A stretch of 63,749 nucleotides of DNA, counting the filler, from Reticulomyxa filosa (lineage: Eukaryota; Protista; Foraminifera): NCBI GenBank assembly GCA_000512085.1. It is 24 parts of 24 records of this genome, joined end to end, with 100 filler letters (N's around TTAATTAATTAA, not from the genome) between each part and the next. Parts side by side here need not be neighbours in the genome. Positions count along the whole stretch, not along the records: positions 50,985 to 52,400 come from ASPP01014031.1; positions 52,501 to 53,521 come from ASPP01012108.1; positions 53,622 to 54,695 come from ASPP01039067.1; positions 54,796 to 58,224 come from ASPP01011453.1; positions 58,325 to 59,774 come from ASPP01025722.1; positions 59,875 to 62,205 come from ASPP01029442.1; positions 62,306 to 63,749 come from ASPP01046946.1; 17 more parts are not named here. The stretch is one strand, 5' to 3'. A model generated the notes under the pieces. The model saw only the letters and a program-made list of their open reading frames with translations. It made no database searches and was not told the DNA's origin. The translations under genes were made by a program, and so were the position numbers. Positions 52,230 to 63,525 of the stretch are shown piece after piece. The first letter of the stretch is position 1; every line of letters starts with the position of its first letter.

Positions 52230-52400
52230 ATGCTTTTCAATTCTTTCAAACATTAAATGCAACTTTTTCATTTTTTTTTTAAACAACAAAGTAAGATAAA
52301 ACACATCTTTCAATGCTCGCATTCAATCAAATCAAACAAATTTAATATCAACTTACTTTTCTTTTAATAAACTTTTCAAACAAAAACACTTTATTTCTTG
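52230..52400 (-). repeat. Inverted copy of the WD40-family 3' flank
   Basis: Reverse complement caagaaataaagtgtttttgtttgaaaagttt matches 51789-51821; aaacaacaaagtaagataaaac also occurs at about 61355-61377. Confidence 0.8.
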
Positions 52401-52500
52401 NNNNNNNNNNNNNNNNNNNNNNNNNNNNNNNNNNNNNNNNNNNNTTAATTAATTAANNNNNNNNNNNNNNNNNNNNNNNNNNNNNNNNNNNNNNNNNNNN

Positions 52501-53103
52501 ACGATCCAGCAAGTCATTGGGCAAGCGGCCATTCCCTTGCTGCAAGGTGGCGATCTGGCGGTTGATGCTGGCAATCTCGCCAGCGTAAGCGTTGATACTC
52601 TCGACACTGGAGTTGACCTGCGTCGCCAAGCCCTGTCGCAGCTCTTCCACCCGGCCGCCAATCGCCGCAAAGCGTCCAGCCAGAGCTTGCGCCTGGCTTA
52701 ATACCGACTGCCGCGCCGCCGTGGACGAAGGCTGGCTGTTCATGGTCTGGATGCTGCTGAAAAAACCCTGCAGCACCGAGGACAAACCGGCGGTGGAGTC
52801 CGCCATCAGGTTGTCCAGGTCTTGCAGCGATTGCTTCTGGGCATCCAGTGATGCCACTTTGGCGTTGACATCGCGCATCTGCTTTTCGGTGAACTGGTCG
52901 TAAACACGGTTGACCCCGGTCAGATTGACCCCGGTGCCGACAAAGCCATAACCCTCGAACAGCGGATCGCTGGCCTTCTGGGTGGTTGTTTGCCGGGTAT
53001 ACCCCTGGGTATTGACGTTACCGATGTTATGGCTGGTGACTTCCAGCGCCGCCTTGGCGGAATTGAGGCCGGTAACGGCAATGCCGAAAATGCTGCCGCT
53101 CAT
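52501..53103 (-). CDS. flgK: Flagellar hook-associated protein FlgK, 3' partial (bacterial contig)
   Basis: GL.....L.VTSHNIGNVNTQGYTRQ, GTGV....V.R.YD, PNDLLD; AAGGAG RBS. Confidence 0.95.
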
Positions 53104-53124
53104 ATCAACTCTCCTTAATACTGT

Positions 53125-53151
53125 TTATCGTCACGATTGCCAATAAATGAA
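53125..53151 (-). promoter_or_regulatory. Sigma-28 (FliA)-like promoter for flgK
   Basis: TTCA-N15-GACGATAA versus consensus TAAA-N15-GCCGATAA. Confidence 0.45.
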
Positions 53152-53153
53152 GC

Positions 53154-53521
53154 TCAAGCATTGGCGACCGTGCGAATCACGGCTTGCAGCTTCTGCGCAT
53201 AAGCGGGATCGGTAGCGTAACCACCGCGCTGCAGGGCATTGGCAAAGCCGGCAGCATTCTGGCCCTGATTCAGGGCCTGCTGATAACGCGGGTTATCAGC
53301 CAGCAGGCGGGCATAATCGTCAAACGCCGCCTGCAACGACGGGTAGGCACGGAAGCTGTCTACCTGCTTCTTCGCCAAACCGCCTTCGTACTCCGTGGTC
53401 AGGGTAGCCACAGCCTCGCCTTTCCAGCCCGGCGAGGCTTTGATACCAAACAGGTTGTAACTGTGGCGCCCATCCGGGTGACGGATGGCACGCTGCCCCC
53501 AGCCGGACTCCAGTGCCGCAT
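53154..53521 (-). CDS. flgJ: FlgJ peptidoglycan hydrolase, 5' partial (bacterial contig)
   Basis: AALESGWG, NLFGIKA..W.G, TTEY, FRAY, GYATDPAYA; directly upstream of flgK. Confidence 0.93.
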
Positions 53522-53621
53522 NNNNNNNNNNNNNNNNNNNNNNNNNNNNNNNNNNNNNNNNNNNNTTAATTAATTAANNNNNNNNNNNNNNNNNNNNNNN
53601 NNNNNNNNNNNNNNNNNNNNN

Positions 53622-54695
53622 CCATTGGAAGATATGACTAGCTTGGCCAAAGCCATATTGAAATTGCATTCCAATGGTCAAGAATTTGTCAAAATGATAA
53701 AAAAATGTTGTGATACGGACTTGAATACAATTTCTACTTTGGTCAAGGAAGCAGACAAACTTCGAACTGAAGAAAGTTTGAAACAATTGAAAAATGCAAT
53801 GGCCTTTGGGGAATGGCAATTTGCAAGTTGTGAGGATATATTGAAAGGAAAGAAAGAAAAACAACTGAATTTGAAAACGAATGATATCGTTTGGAGTTAT
53901 GAGGAAATTGGAGAAAATATTGATCGTGTATTGCTTGGAGCAGGAAAAGAAGAGTTGAAAGAGATCGAAACTGTTATCCAACAATTTGAGAAGTGCAAAG
54001 AGATTAGTTCATATCGAATCAAATTTTGGAAAAAAGGAGGGCGAATTGATATTGAAAATGATATTGAAAATGATGAAAAAGGAGGAAATCAGAATGATGA
54101 TAAACCATTGAAATTACCTGTGCGTTCCCAAATGGATGAATTTGAAGCATGCAAAGAGTGTTGGAAACGACGACTAATTCAATGGAAAAAACAATGTCTC
54201 AAATTACGAGAAAAATATCCAGCACTCAATTATTTCTGTTTCCATGAAATACACTATTTGATTCATCAATTTAACACTTTACTTTCACCCAGCTGTCATA
54301 ATCGTCCATTTCAAGCATTTAAATCTATTAAATCATTTCTTCAAAAAATTAATTGTCAAATCACTGATCAAGATGTCGATAAGGTATTACAAGAATGGCA
54401 AGATTTGAAGGCATTGACCAATTCCAAGATTTGGAAAAGTCGCAATGTATTAGATGTTGACAGTGATGAGGATTGTGAAGAGCACATTGCAGACGTTGGA
54501 ACAGTTTTGCATTCAGTGTGGCACGCATCTAAACACAATTGTGTTATTGAAAATGTTTTTCCTGTTGGATTACATGCTGGAAAACCTAATTTGATCCTTT
54601 TTCAGAATAAACCGCTATTGTCTGAAGTACTTGTCTTATTTGAATTGCAGAAGTATATTCCACGGGCGGAACATATTCTGATTTGTAATAAAAAT
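53622..54695 (+). CDS. RNF213 (mysterin)-like giant AAA+/E3 protein, internal fragment
   Basis: LREKYPALNYF...YL, FPVGLHAGKPNLIL and IPRAEHILIC parallel, in order, the RNF213 segment preceding its AAA core (recalled as R..YFYLNFY, LPRGLQVGQPNLVV, LPTYDEVLLC). Confidence 0.65.
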
Positions 54696-54904
54696 NNNNN
54701 NNNNNNNNNNNNNNNNNNNNNNNNNNNNNNNNNNNNNNNTTAATTAATTAANNNNNNNNNNNNNNNNNNNNNNNNNNNNNNNNNNNNNNNNNNNNTAATA
54801 ATAATAATAATAACAATAATAATAATAATAATAATGACACCAATAATAATGACATTAATAATAATAATAATAATAGTGATAATAAAATTAAAAAAAAAAA
54901 GCAG

Positions 54905-56107
54905 GTAAAAACAATTGTGACAGGACCGGAAATAACAAATCATAACATATTTCATGAAATGGGCTGTGATTATCGAATTGCGCCGACGCTGTTGGTTCGA
55001 CGCTATTTGAGTGCTCGATACAATTTGACAAATCCACAGATTTCTTGTATTTTGAGTATTCTCGCCTCCGAAGACTTGTTTTCGATGGACGCCACGCTGT
55101 CACCATCTTCATCTGCATCTGCATCTGCATCTTCATCTTCATCTTCATCTGATGGCAACTCTGTGATCACGTCTTTACGAGACAACATTCTCCAAAGACT
55201 AAAGACATTTCAAGAGCGTCTGAGTGAAAACCCCGATCTCAAAATTCCTGCAGCGGGCAAAAAAAAACAAAACAGCAATGCACATAGCCATTCGACGAAA
55301 CAGGCAATGATCGACATTGCTTTGAAGGAGTGGTATGAAATATGGGTGGCCGTTCAACACGACTTTATTTGTGGACCGAGACAAGCCTTACTTTGGAGGC
55401 AATGCGAAAACGTCTTTCGCAAAGACGAGTTGATACATGATATATTCCCTCCAAGGGTGTTGAACGCACGAGTATTTTTGGGTCTCGTGTTATTCAAAGT
55501 ACGACAATTGCTCGCCACGATGAATGATCACATTGCCGAGAGTATGTCGCAGTCGCATCCTTCTCGACACTCTTTTGTGCGCATTTTGCGTGAACAAGAA
55601 GTACACGACAAAATTAAACATTTTATTGGACACCAGTCTCCGGGAAAAATATGTAGGTTTTTTCATTGCTTGATTTTATTTCTATTTTGTATTTCGTATT
55701 TCATACTTTGTATTTCATATTTCGTATTTGCTATTGCATTGAACATTGAACATTGAACATTGAACATTTAATATTTAATATTTAATATAGACAGAACGAA
55801 CGATCAAATATATCAAAGACTTCAATGGAAACAAGGGGCTCCCTTCCCTGTGCTCATCTTCAATCGTGCAATCATCATTAATGGCGTGTCTTGCCATTGG
55901 CTCAGTCCCAAACACTGCTTGATGGTCCATCACAACCACAAATACTTTGGACTGAAAAAATATTATTCTCAAGCCGATCAACTTACAGAAATCTTTGGCA
56001 AAGGTGCCTTTGTCTGCTTGGGTGAGATCGGTCCAAGCACAAAAACCAAACATAAAATACATGTATTCGATGCTTCGTCGTGGAACCCCACCACCCAACT
56101 GTCTTAA
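54905..56107 (+). CDS. Hypothetical protein, last two exons
   Basis: Two long open blocks separated by an AT-rich intron that contains (TTGAACA)4. Confidence 0.6.
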
Positions 56108-56670
56108 TAAGCTTCAATATTTGTTTCTGCTTCATTGCTTCATTATATTTCCTTCGGTTTTGATTTATTTGTTGTTTTTATTTGCCCTTCTTTTCCTTTT
56201 TCCTTTCTATGCTTGCTGTTGTTATTTTTTAAACACTGAAGGATATTTGACTTGGATTAGGAAAAATTTTTTTTTTTTTTTTTTTTTGCTTCTCCAATGC
56301 TGTCACATAAAAAATAAAAATAAAAGTAAACATATAATTGTTTTACTCCTTCAATGGAATAATAAACATATATTTATTTTGTGTCGTGTCATATTGACGC
56401 TCCAAGTACACGTTAAAATAGTGACGTAATCACTGTCACAGCACTTTTTTCTTTTTTGCTACCCTTTTTACTACAGCATTACACATTACCATCCGTGCCC
56501 GAATATTCTTACTCTGTTACTTTTGGTGTTAAGCAACAAAGCCTCAAGTATGCTTTCGAAGCATTTCCCATACACATTTTGTGTTATATTGAAATGGCTA
56601 ATTTGTGGCAAGCATAAAAAGTTTGCAAAAAAAAAACACGAACATAACACATACATCTGACGTAAAGAGC

Positions 56671-58139
56671 ATGCCAGAGGAAAGTAGAGAGGAGGTGTCG
56701 CCTCAAAAGCAGCGTGAATTGTACAAGCAAGTGGGGTACAAAACGCAACAAGTGGGAGAGACTTGGTATCCAATCTCAAGCAAATGGTACAAGGCGTGGA
56801 TTGCGTACACTGCTTACAACAAAAAAGTTTGTGTTTGGCATGTTTATAAATTTATATGTATAATTTTTTTTTTTTTTTTTTTGGTGCCATTGGATTTTGA
56901 GCATTGTTTTTTTCCTCTTTTTCTCTTTTTTCTCTTTTTTTCTCTTTTTTTTTTCTCTTCCTCCATTTGGAGAAATCTCGTAAAAAAAAAATCAATATTT
57001 GGACTGTGGATAGGACGAAGACATTGAAGGAGGGTTAGAGAAATTGCACTTGCGAGACGTGGCAATTCCAGGGCCAATTGACAACAGCGAGCTGGCAGAC
57101 CCGGAAGACCCACATCAATTGAAAAAAGGGCTGGAAGAACACTTGACGCACGAGTGGGTGCATTCGGAGCAGTGGACATTGCTGCGAAGTTGGTATGGTG
57201 GTGGCCCTGAATTTCCAAGGCAAATCCATGAACGTGGGGCTTCCTATGTTGCGTTCAAGCTAACACCAAACCACATCCTCTTACTTCTCTCGCCACGACA
57301 CACACACACACACATACACACATACACACACACACAAATACACATACATTAAAAAAAACCTGGTCAATTGATTGAGAAAAGTTTTTTTGATGAAAAAAAA
57401 AAAAGGGAGATCAATCAACAAAGCGCTTTTCCGCTTTTGAACGTTCCAAAGGCAACAACAAAAAGGGGGGGGGGAGGGGGTGAAAAAAAAAACAATATGA
57501 TATACATATATATATATATATATTGATTGCAATGCAAAAAGTGGGACTGTTGTTGTTTGCTAGGCACGTGAGAAATTCATAAACATGTACCCGAAATTTT
57601 TGCAATTTGTTCATGTGAGCCCGAACGGAAGCTACGACATCAGCAAGCCGACGGTACAGGCGTTTCCGCAAGAGAGCAAATGGCAGGACGTCGTGTCGTT
57701 CTTTGAAGGAACACCCGAAGGTGAAGAGAGCACGATACCGAAAGTCCACATATGGATGCAGTTTGGGCATGTCAAACAGCTCTATCCCATTGCGACGCAA
57801 CGAGGAGTGAAGGTGACGTTGGAAGATCTGAAGGACGAAGATCCAACACGGTACGTCGAAATTCCAGACGACCGACTAAGCCACGGCGTGAACGAATTGG
57901 AGCTCCCCAAAGACGCCGTCATTTTGATCGAAAAAAAGCGCGAGGAACAAAACAAGACGTCAGAGAGCAACGAAAATGACAGCGATGACGAGACCACGGC
58001 CGACGAACAGAACAAGCAAGAAAAGACAGCCACCGCAGAAAATGCGACGAGTGAAGAGGAGGAAAAGTTTTTGTGGCCATTGATCAAGGGTCCAGACAAG
58101 TGGAAGAACTTTCAACCAGGAGATATTTTGGATGGTCAG
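56671..58139 (+). CDS. DUSP-domain ubiquitin-specific protease (USP4/11/15-like N-terminus), 3' partial
   Basis: GETWYPISSKWYKAW..Y, PGPIDNSEL, W.LL.SWYGGGP...R. Confidence 0.85.
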
Positions 58140-59349
58140 GTAAGATTTGAAATAAATAAATAAAAATTAATATATATATATACATACATATACATATACA
58201 TATATGTATATGTATATGTATGTANNNNNNNNNNNNNNNNNNNNNNNNNNNNNNNNNNNNNNNNNNNNTTAATTAATTAANNNNNNNNNNNNNNNNNNNN
58301 NNNNNNNNNNNNNNNNNNNNNNNNAAAGGTCACTTCTATAATAACGCTTATGTAACTATCTCATCTTCACTCTTTTGAATTGAGCGTATACGTTCAATTG
58401 TGGACGAAACAAGTATGAGTTAGATTTATGCATTGGACATTATTTTTATGAACCAAAATAATTTAATGTACAATAATCTTGAAATTGTGCACTCGGCTCA
58501 CTTTTAAAGCCAGAGTGAATAAAGTTTTGATATGTATTCAAATGCATAATAAAAAAAGGTGAGGAAAAGAGTTTCTCATTGAGAACTGTCAGTCAGTAAT
58601 TGCACATGAAATGCAAATATTTGCATGATTGATATTATTTAATGATTATTTGAATTATGTATTACAAATGTTTAGGATCCATCCAGAATCACTAAAACAA
58701 ACACAAAAAACTGATTGTCATTTTGCGTACAAAAATAACGCTACCGTATTTTAAAAATTTGGCTATTTTTTTTGTTGAATGAACACGATTGGAATGCCAA
58801 TTTTTTTAATGTTGGCTGTTATCAAACTTTACAACCTTCATGAAAAATTTGATTTGATCGACAAAAATTGTAGAATATTTTTTAATCTTGTATTAAATAA
58901 TGTTCGATTCATAATCCTTTTTCATTAATAGAATAAACTAAAAATATAATTAGACTATTTTTTTTTGTTACTTCGACAAAAGAAAAAAGTTTCACTACAA
59001 AAGAGAGTTTATGACTAGCTTAAATAATAATTGCTAAATTGAAAAAAGTAATTTTCTGTTTACATGAACAAAAACATGGCCATTTTTAAAAATAGGTTCA
59101 AAATTAAAAGATGGCCAACAATTTTAAATATTCATGAAATATCAAAGATTATTATTTTTTTTAAATTACTGATTATTGAAATTAGAAGTAAATTTTTTAG
59201 TTTTTTGTTATTGTTTTACTTTGTAATTTGTTTTTTAAAAAACTCAACCTAGAAACGAAAAAAAAGGGATAATTTTTCACGTGACCAACTCAAAGCAAAA
59301 AACTGAGTGAACAAAAACTGTTTCTCAAAGTAAATAACACAAGTACACT

Positions 59350-59774
59350 CAGTTGACAATATACGTCACCGAATGATTATGTGACACCACTCTCCACTTA
59401 TGTCCTGTGACTGGACAAGGAGTGATCGCCATATGCCTTTACCAATGTTTGGGATTTGTTTCTTTCTCCACTTCAAATAATATTGTATCCATCACGCTGG
59501 GAGTGTATTAGATACACTTTTGCGATGAAAAGGTCTTCACCGTCGCTTCTGTAGATAAATACCGTTGGATATATACACTGATGCATACTATTGGTGGCAA
59601 GTACTTCTATCTGTTCGATTGTTATACTTATACAGGTTTTTTAAAATCATGCCAGTTTATTCAGGAATTTCTGAAGATTCTTGTTTTTCCCAAAACAAAC
59701 ATTTTGCTGTTTTTCTTATCCCAATTCCTCAGCAGTTGAATCACAACATAGTAAAATCATTGATCGAAAGAGAT
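59350..59774 (-). pseudogene. Decayed gene fragment, possibly DNA topoisomerase IB
   Basis: NIGKG and PCPVTGHKWRVVSHNHSVTY recall the Top1 segment NIGK..P.CP.PG..W..V.HDN.VTW; many stops and frameshifts. Confidence 0.3.
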
Positions 59775-60272
59775 NNNNNNNNNNNNNNNNNNNNNNNNNN
59801 NNNNNNNNNNNNNNNNNNTTAATTAATTAANNNNNNNNNNNNNNNNNNNNNNNNNNNNNNNNNNNNNNNNNNNNCAAATAATAAATTCTTTGATTTATTT
59901 TTTGAGTTTTTTCATTTGTTTGTTTGCTTTTTTTTTTTTTTTTTTGAAAAAACTTTGGATTTATTTTTGACAGAAAAATCTTCTATCCATTTAATTAAAC
60001 TCCTTTTTGTCTGAAGATTTAATTAACATCTTCCTTCCTCTCCGAAGAAAATTGTCCTTGTTATTAGTAGAAACAGCCAAAAACAAAATGTTTTTAATTA
60101 CTATATTCAAGCAATAAAAAGTGTGCAATTTTGTTGGAAATAACAGAAAAAGAAAAAAATGCTTAAGTCATTTGTTTATAATCAACTGATATTCGTTGAA
60201 TAGCACACAATAATAAAGCAACACAAAAAAAGTTCTAAAATAAATGAAATAACAATAAAAGCATAAATATAA

Positions 60273-60488
60273 AATATTGGTTATTTGAGAGTAGTGATAA
60301 TTCAAATGTGATATGTTATGGATCATTTGATAATACAATTCGCTTTTGGGATAAGAATAAATTTATATGACCAAAGGAAATAATGGAATATTGTGTCTTG
60401 CATTTGTTGTATTGAAAAAGAAAGAGTTACATATAATTTAAATTTGTGTTATGATTCATACAAAGGTCCCATTCGTATTTGGGGATAA
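60273..60488 (+). pseudogene. WD40-family 3' fragment pseudogene
   Basis: NSNVICYGSFDNTIRFWD...NLNLCYDSYKGPIRIWG* with deletions relative to the intact copies. Confidence 0.85.
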
Positions 60489-60664
60489 TTTACTGTTTTG
60501 TCGAATAAGAAATGAAAGTGTTTTTTTTTTGTTTGAAGAGTTTGATTTGATTAAATGCAAGAATTAAAGGATGTGTTTTATCACTTTGTTGTTTAAATTG
60601 AAAAGTATAATAATAAAAATTATATGATTAAGACTATTTTGAAAAGCGAATGTTTTTTAAACTA

Positions 60665-60784
60665 TAGTAGATTTCACAAAAAAACTGCCATATCTAAATG
60701 ACATATATGTAAAGAGAATTCATTTTTTTCATGAAAAATAAATACTTAAACATAATCTTTTAAAAAATATCTACAAATATTGTA
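60665..60784 (+). mobile_element. Solo Tc1-like TIR
   Basis: TA|tagtagatttcacaaaaaaactgccatatctaaatgac..ttcatgaaaaataaa aligns with both ends of the 42122-43195 element. Confidence 0.8.
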
Positions 60785-61481
60785 AAGTGTGAAACTGCAA
60801 AAGATAATTTAATATTATGTGCAATTCATACTTTGCTTATTATATGATTGTGGAATCAAAGAAAAAACTCTTTATTTTGTCATCGTGATTTATTTCAATA
60901 TACTTGATGGACAAACACTTTTATTTTGTATTTATCTAATTGTGATTATTGTCATAACAGTGCATGTATAACGCATTTCTTGATTGTCATAGTTGATCCA
61001 ACATCATATTCTCTCCTCTTATCATGTTTAATTAATAAAAAATTGTCAGTATTCTTGCTTTCTTGATGCACAATCAGTAATGGTTTGGGTAAAATTTGAT
61101 GGATCAACGTACATTTATTGATCAAAGGAACTGTACTCACTTTATTATCTTGCTTTTTCTTAAATTTATCATTGAAAAAATTCGATATTTCAAATTTTTA
61201 ATAATATCCAATGTTTTTCGCAATAGAAAACATATATATATATATATGATGAATTACTACAAACAAAAAAAAACAATACTTGCAATTTTTTTGATTTTCA
61301 CTTATTATGCTTAACTCTTTAAAAAACATTGAACGTAATTTTTTGAATATTTTTAAACAACAAAGTAAGATAAAACGTATTTTTTAATACTTGCATTCAA
61401 TCAATCAAACAAGTTTAACATCACATTAATTTTCTTAATCAAAAAAAAACACTTTCATTTTTTATTCGACAAAAAAGTAAA

Positions 61482-62205
61482 TTATCCCCAAATACGAATG
61501 GGACCATTATTTGAACCATAACACAAATTCAAATCATATGTAACATTCTTTGTCTTATCTTTCTTTTTCATTTCAATAAATGTAAGACAAATTATTCCAT
61601 CATCTTCTTCATCTCCTTTGATCATATGCAATTGATTCTTATTTGATCGAATATCCCAAAATCTAATTGTATTATCCCATGATCCAGAACATATTACATT
61701 TGAATTACCAATATTATTCTTTATTACAAATGATGAATATTCAACAGACAATACAGTATCTGTATGTCCATTGAATACTTGAATTTGTTTACCAGATCGA
61801 ATATCCCACAAACAAACACTTTTATCATTTGATCCAGATAATATTGTATTCAATAATTCATTTGATCCATATTTTACACTCCTAATCCAATGTTTATGTC
61901 CTTTAAATATATTCAATTGTTTTGTTGTTTCAATATCCCATATTCGAATGGTCTCATCATCTGATCCAGAACAAATTGTATATCCATTTCCACCAATCAC
62001 ACCAATATTATTAATTTTATTATCATTGTTACTATTGATTTGCAATGGTGAAATATCAACACACCAAATAGTATCTTTATGTCCATTGAAAATATGTAAT
62101 AATTTTGATGTTTTAACATCCCATAAACGAATTGTTTTATCCAATGACCCAGAACACAAATATCTGCCATTATTAAATGGTGAAAATTCAATTCCACAAA
62201 CACCA
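61482..62205 (-). CDS. WD40-repeat protein of the same expanded family, 5' partial
   Basis: Colinear and highly similar to 50987-51775. Confidence 0.93.
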
Positions 62206-62305
62206 NNNNNNNNNNNNNNNNNNNNNNNNNNNNNNNNNNNNNNNNNNNNTTAATTAATTAANNNNNNNNNNNNNNNNNNNNNNNNNNNNNNNNNNNNNNN
62301 NNNNN

Positions 62306-63525
62306 AGATCAACGTTGCAAATACCAATATGCAAGCAGGTCCATGATCATCAGTCTATTGGTGTTCCAGAACAACATCAGCAGCCCCATATTTGTTTATT
62401 GCAAGAAGGATTTAGATCAAAGAAGAAGAACATTGATTATAATTTCCAGTATCTTTATGTTCATCACTGGATTGAGACAGGAAGATGTGGAGTGTTATGT
62501 CGAAGAGATTTGCATTCATTATCACACGATCATTCAATAGCATGCATGATACATTTAATGTATTTGGTTATGAATCATGTTGGGTGGAAATTTCATGTCC
62601 TGATCAAAAGAAACCGTTATTCTGCAGTTTCTATTGAAATTTGTAGTGTAAAACATTCAATATGAAAATGACTGATTACATTGTCATTGGAGGAGATTGT
62701 AATGCACATCATTCTGCATGGTTGGACCAGAATACTGACGATGTGATTGTATTCTCGATTTCATTATCCAATGGATTGCATATTATCAATACATTGCTTG
62801 ATCCTAATGTATTGTGAAGCACATAGATATTGGACAAAGCAGTTGAATCTTGAACCAAATGTGTTGTTGATGCTGGAGAGGCAATCATTGGTATTCGAAC
62901 TATTTGGAAAAGCAATAAACCTTGGCGGAGTGACAGTTTATGTCGATTAGAAAATATTTCGTAAACAAAGGACACCAAGGAATTTGATGCTGTATAAGAA
63001 AATTAACAAGCAATTGCGACGGAAATTGTTATTAGAAAAGCATCAGCACATGATGAAAAGCATTGATTCATTGCATGAAGGGAATACAAGGAACCTATTC
63101 ACGCAATTTAAGTCATTAAACACCAATAAAATCTGTATTATTCCAGCATTGGTGAACAAGGAGACCAATTCAGTGGCTAGGTCAGATGTAGATAAAGCGT
63201 GTCTGTTAGCAAAGACATTTGCAGAGCCACCTAATTGAATTGAATGATTATTTGTATAACATCCAAAGATCATAGTATCCTGATTGTATTTGGTGTGAAG
63301 AAGAAGAGACTGTCGAACATTTCTTGATTGAATGTTTGAAATATCAAGACTTACGTCGCTATTGGTGGACAAATGTCCAGACATTGCTTCCAGATATCAA
63401 TGTATTGTCTCTGTCGATGAAATATTTCATTATTGGGGTTGAACGTGGAAACCAGACATTAGAATCAAGGTTGTCACCTCATCATGTTTATATTGCCATT
63501 TCGTCTTATTTAATAGAAAAGTGAC
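62306..63525 (+). mobile_element. Non-LTR retrotransposon (LINE) relic with the RT domain deleted
   Basis: APE endonuclease motif IVIGGDCNAHHSAW, linker ...DKACLLAKTF, then the zinc knuckle CIWCEEEETVEHFLIEC; multiple stops. Confidence 0.75.

Noticed and set aside
26018-54695. Physical immune gene cluster of TPR, TRAF, WD40 and RNF213 genes
   Set aside because: They lie on separate contigs; only co-occurrence in the genome is supported.
59400-59460. Mariner transposase N-terminus (LVKAYGDHSLS in one frame)
   Set aside because: No TIR or further motifs; another frame fits a topoisomerase IB relic at least as well, and both are weak.
7781-62305. Regularly recurring TTAATTAATTAA flanked by Ns as a repeat or CRISPR-like system
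   Set aside because: Fixed 100-bp synthetic spacer with six-frame stops; an assembly artefact.
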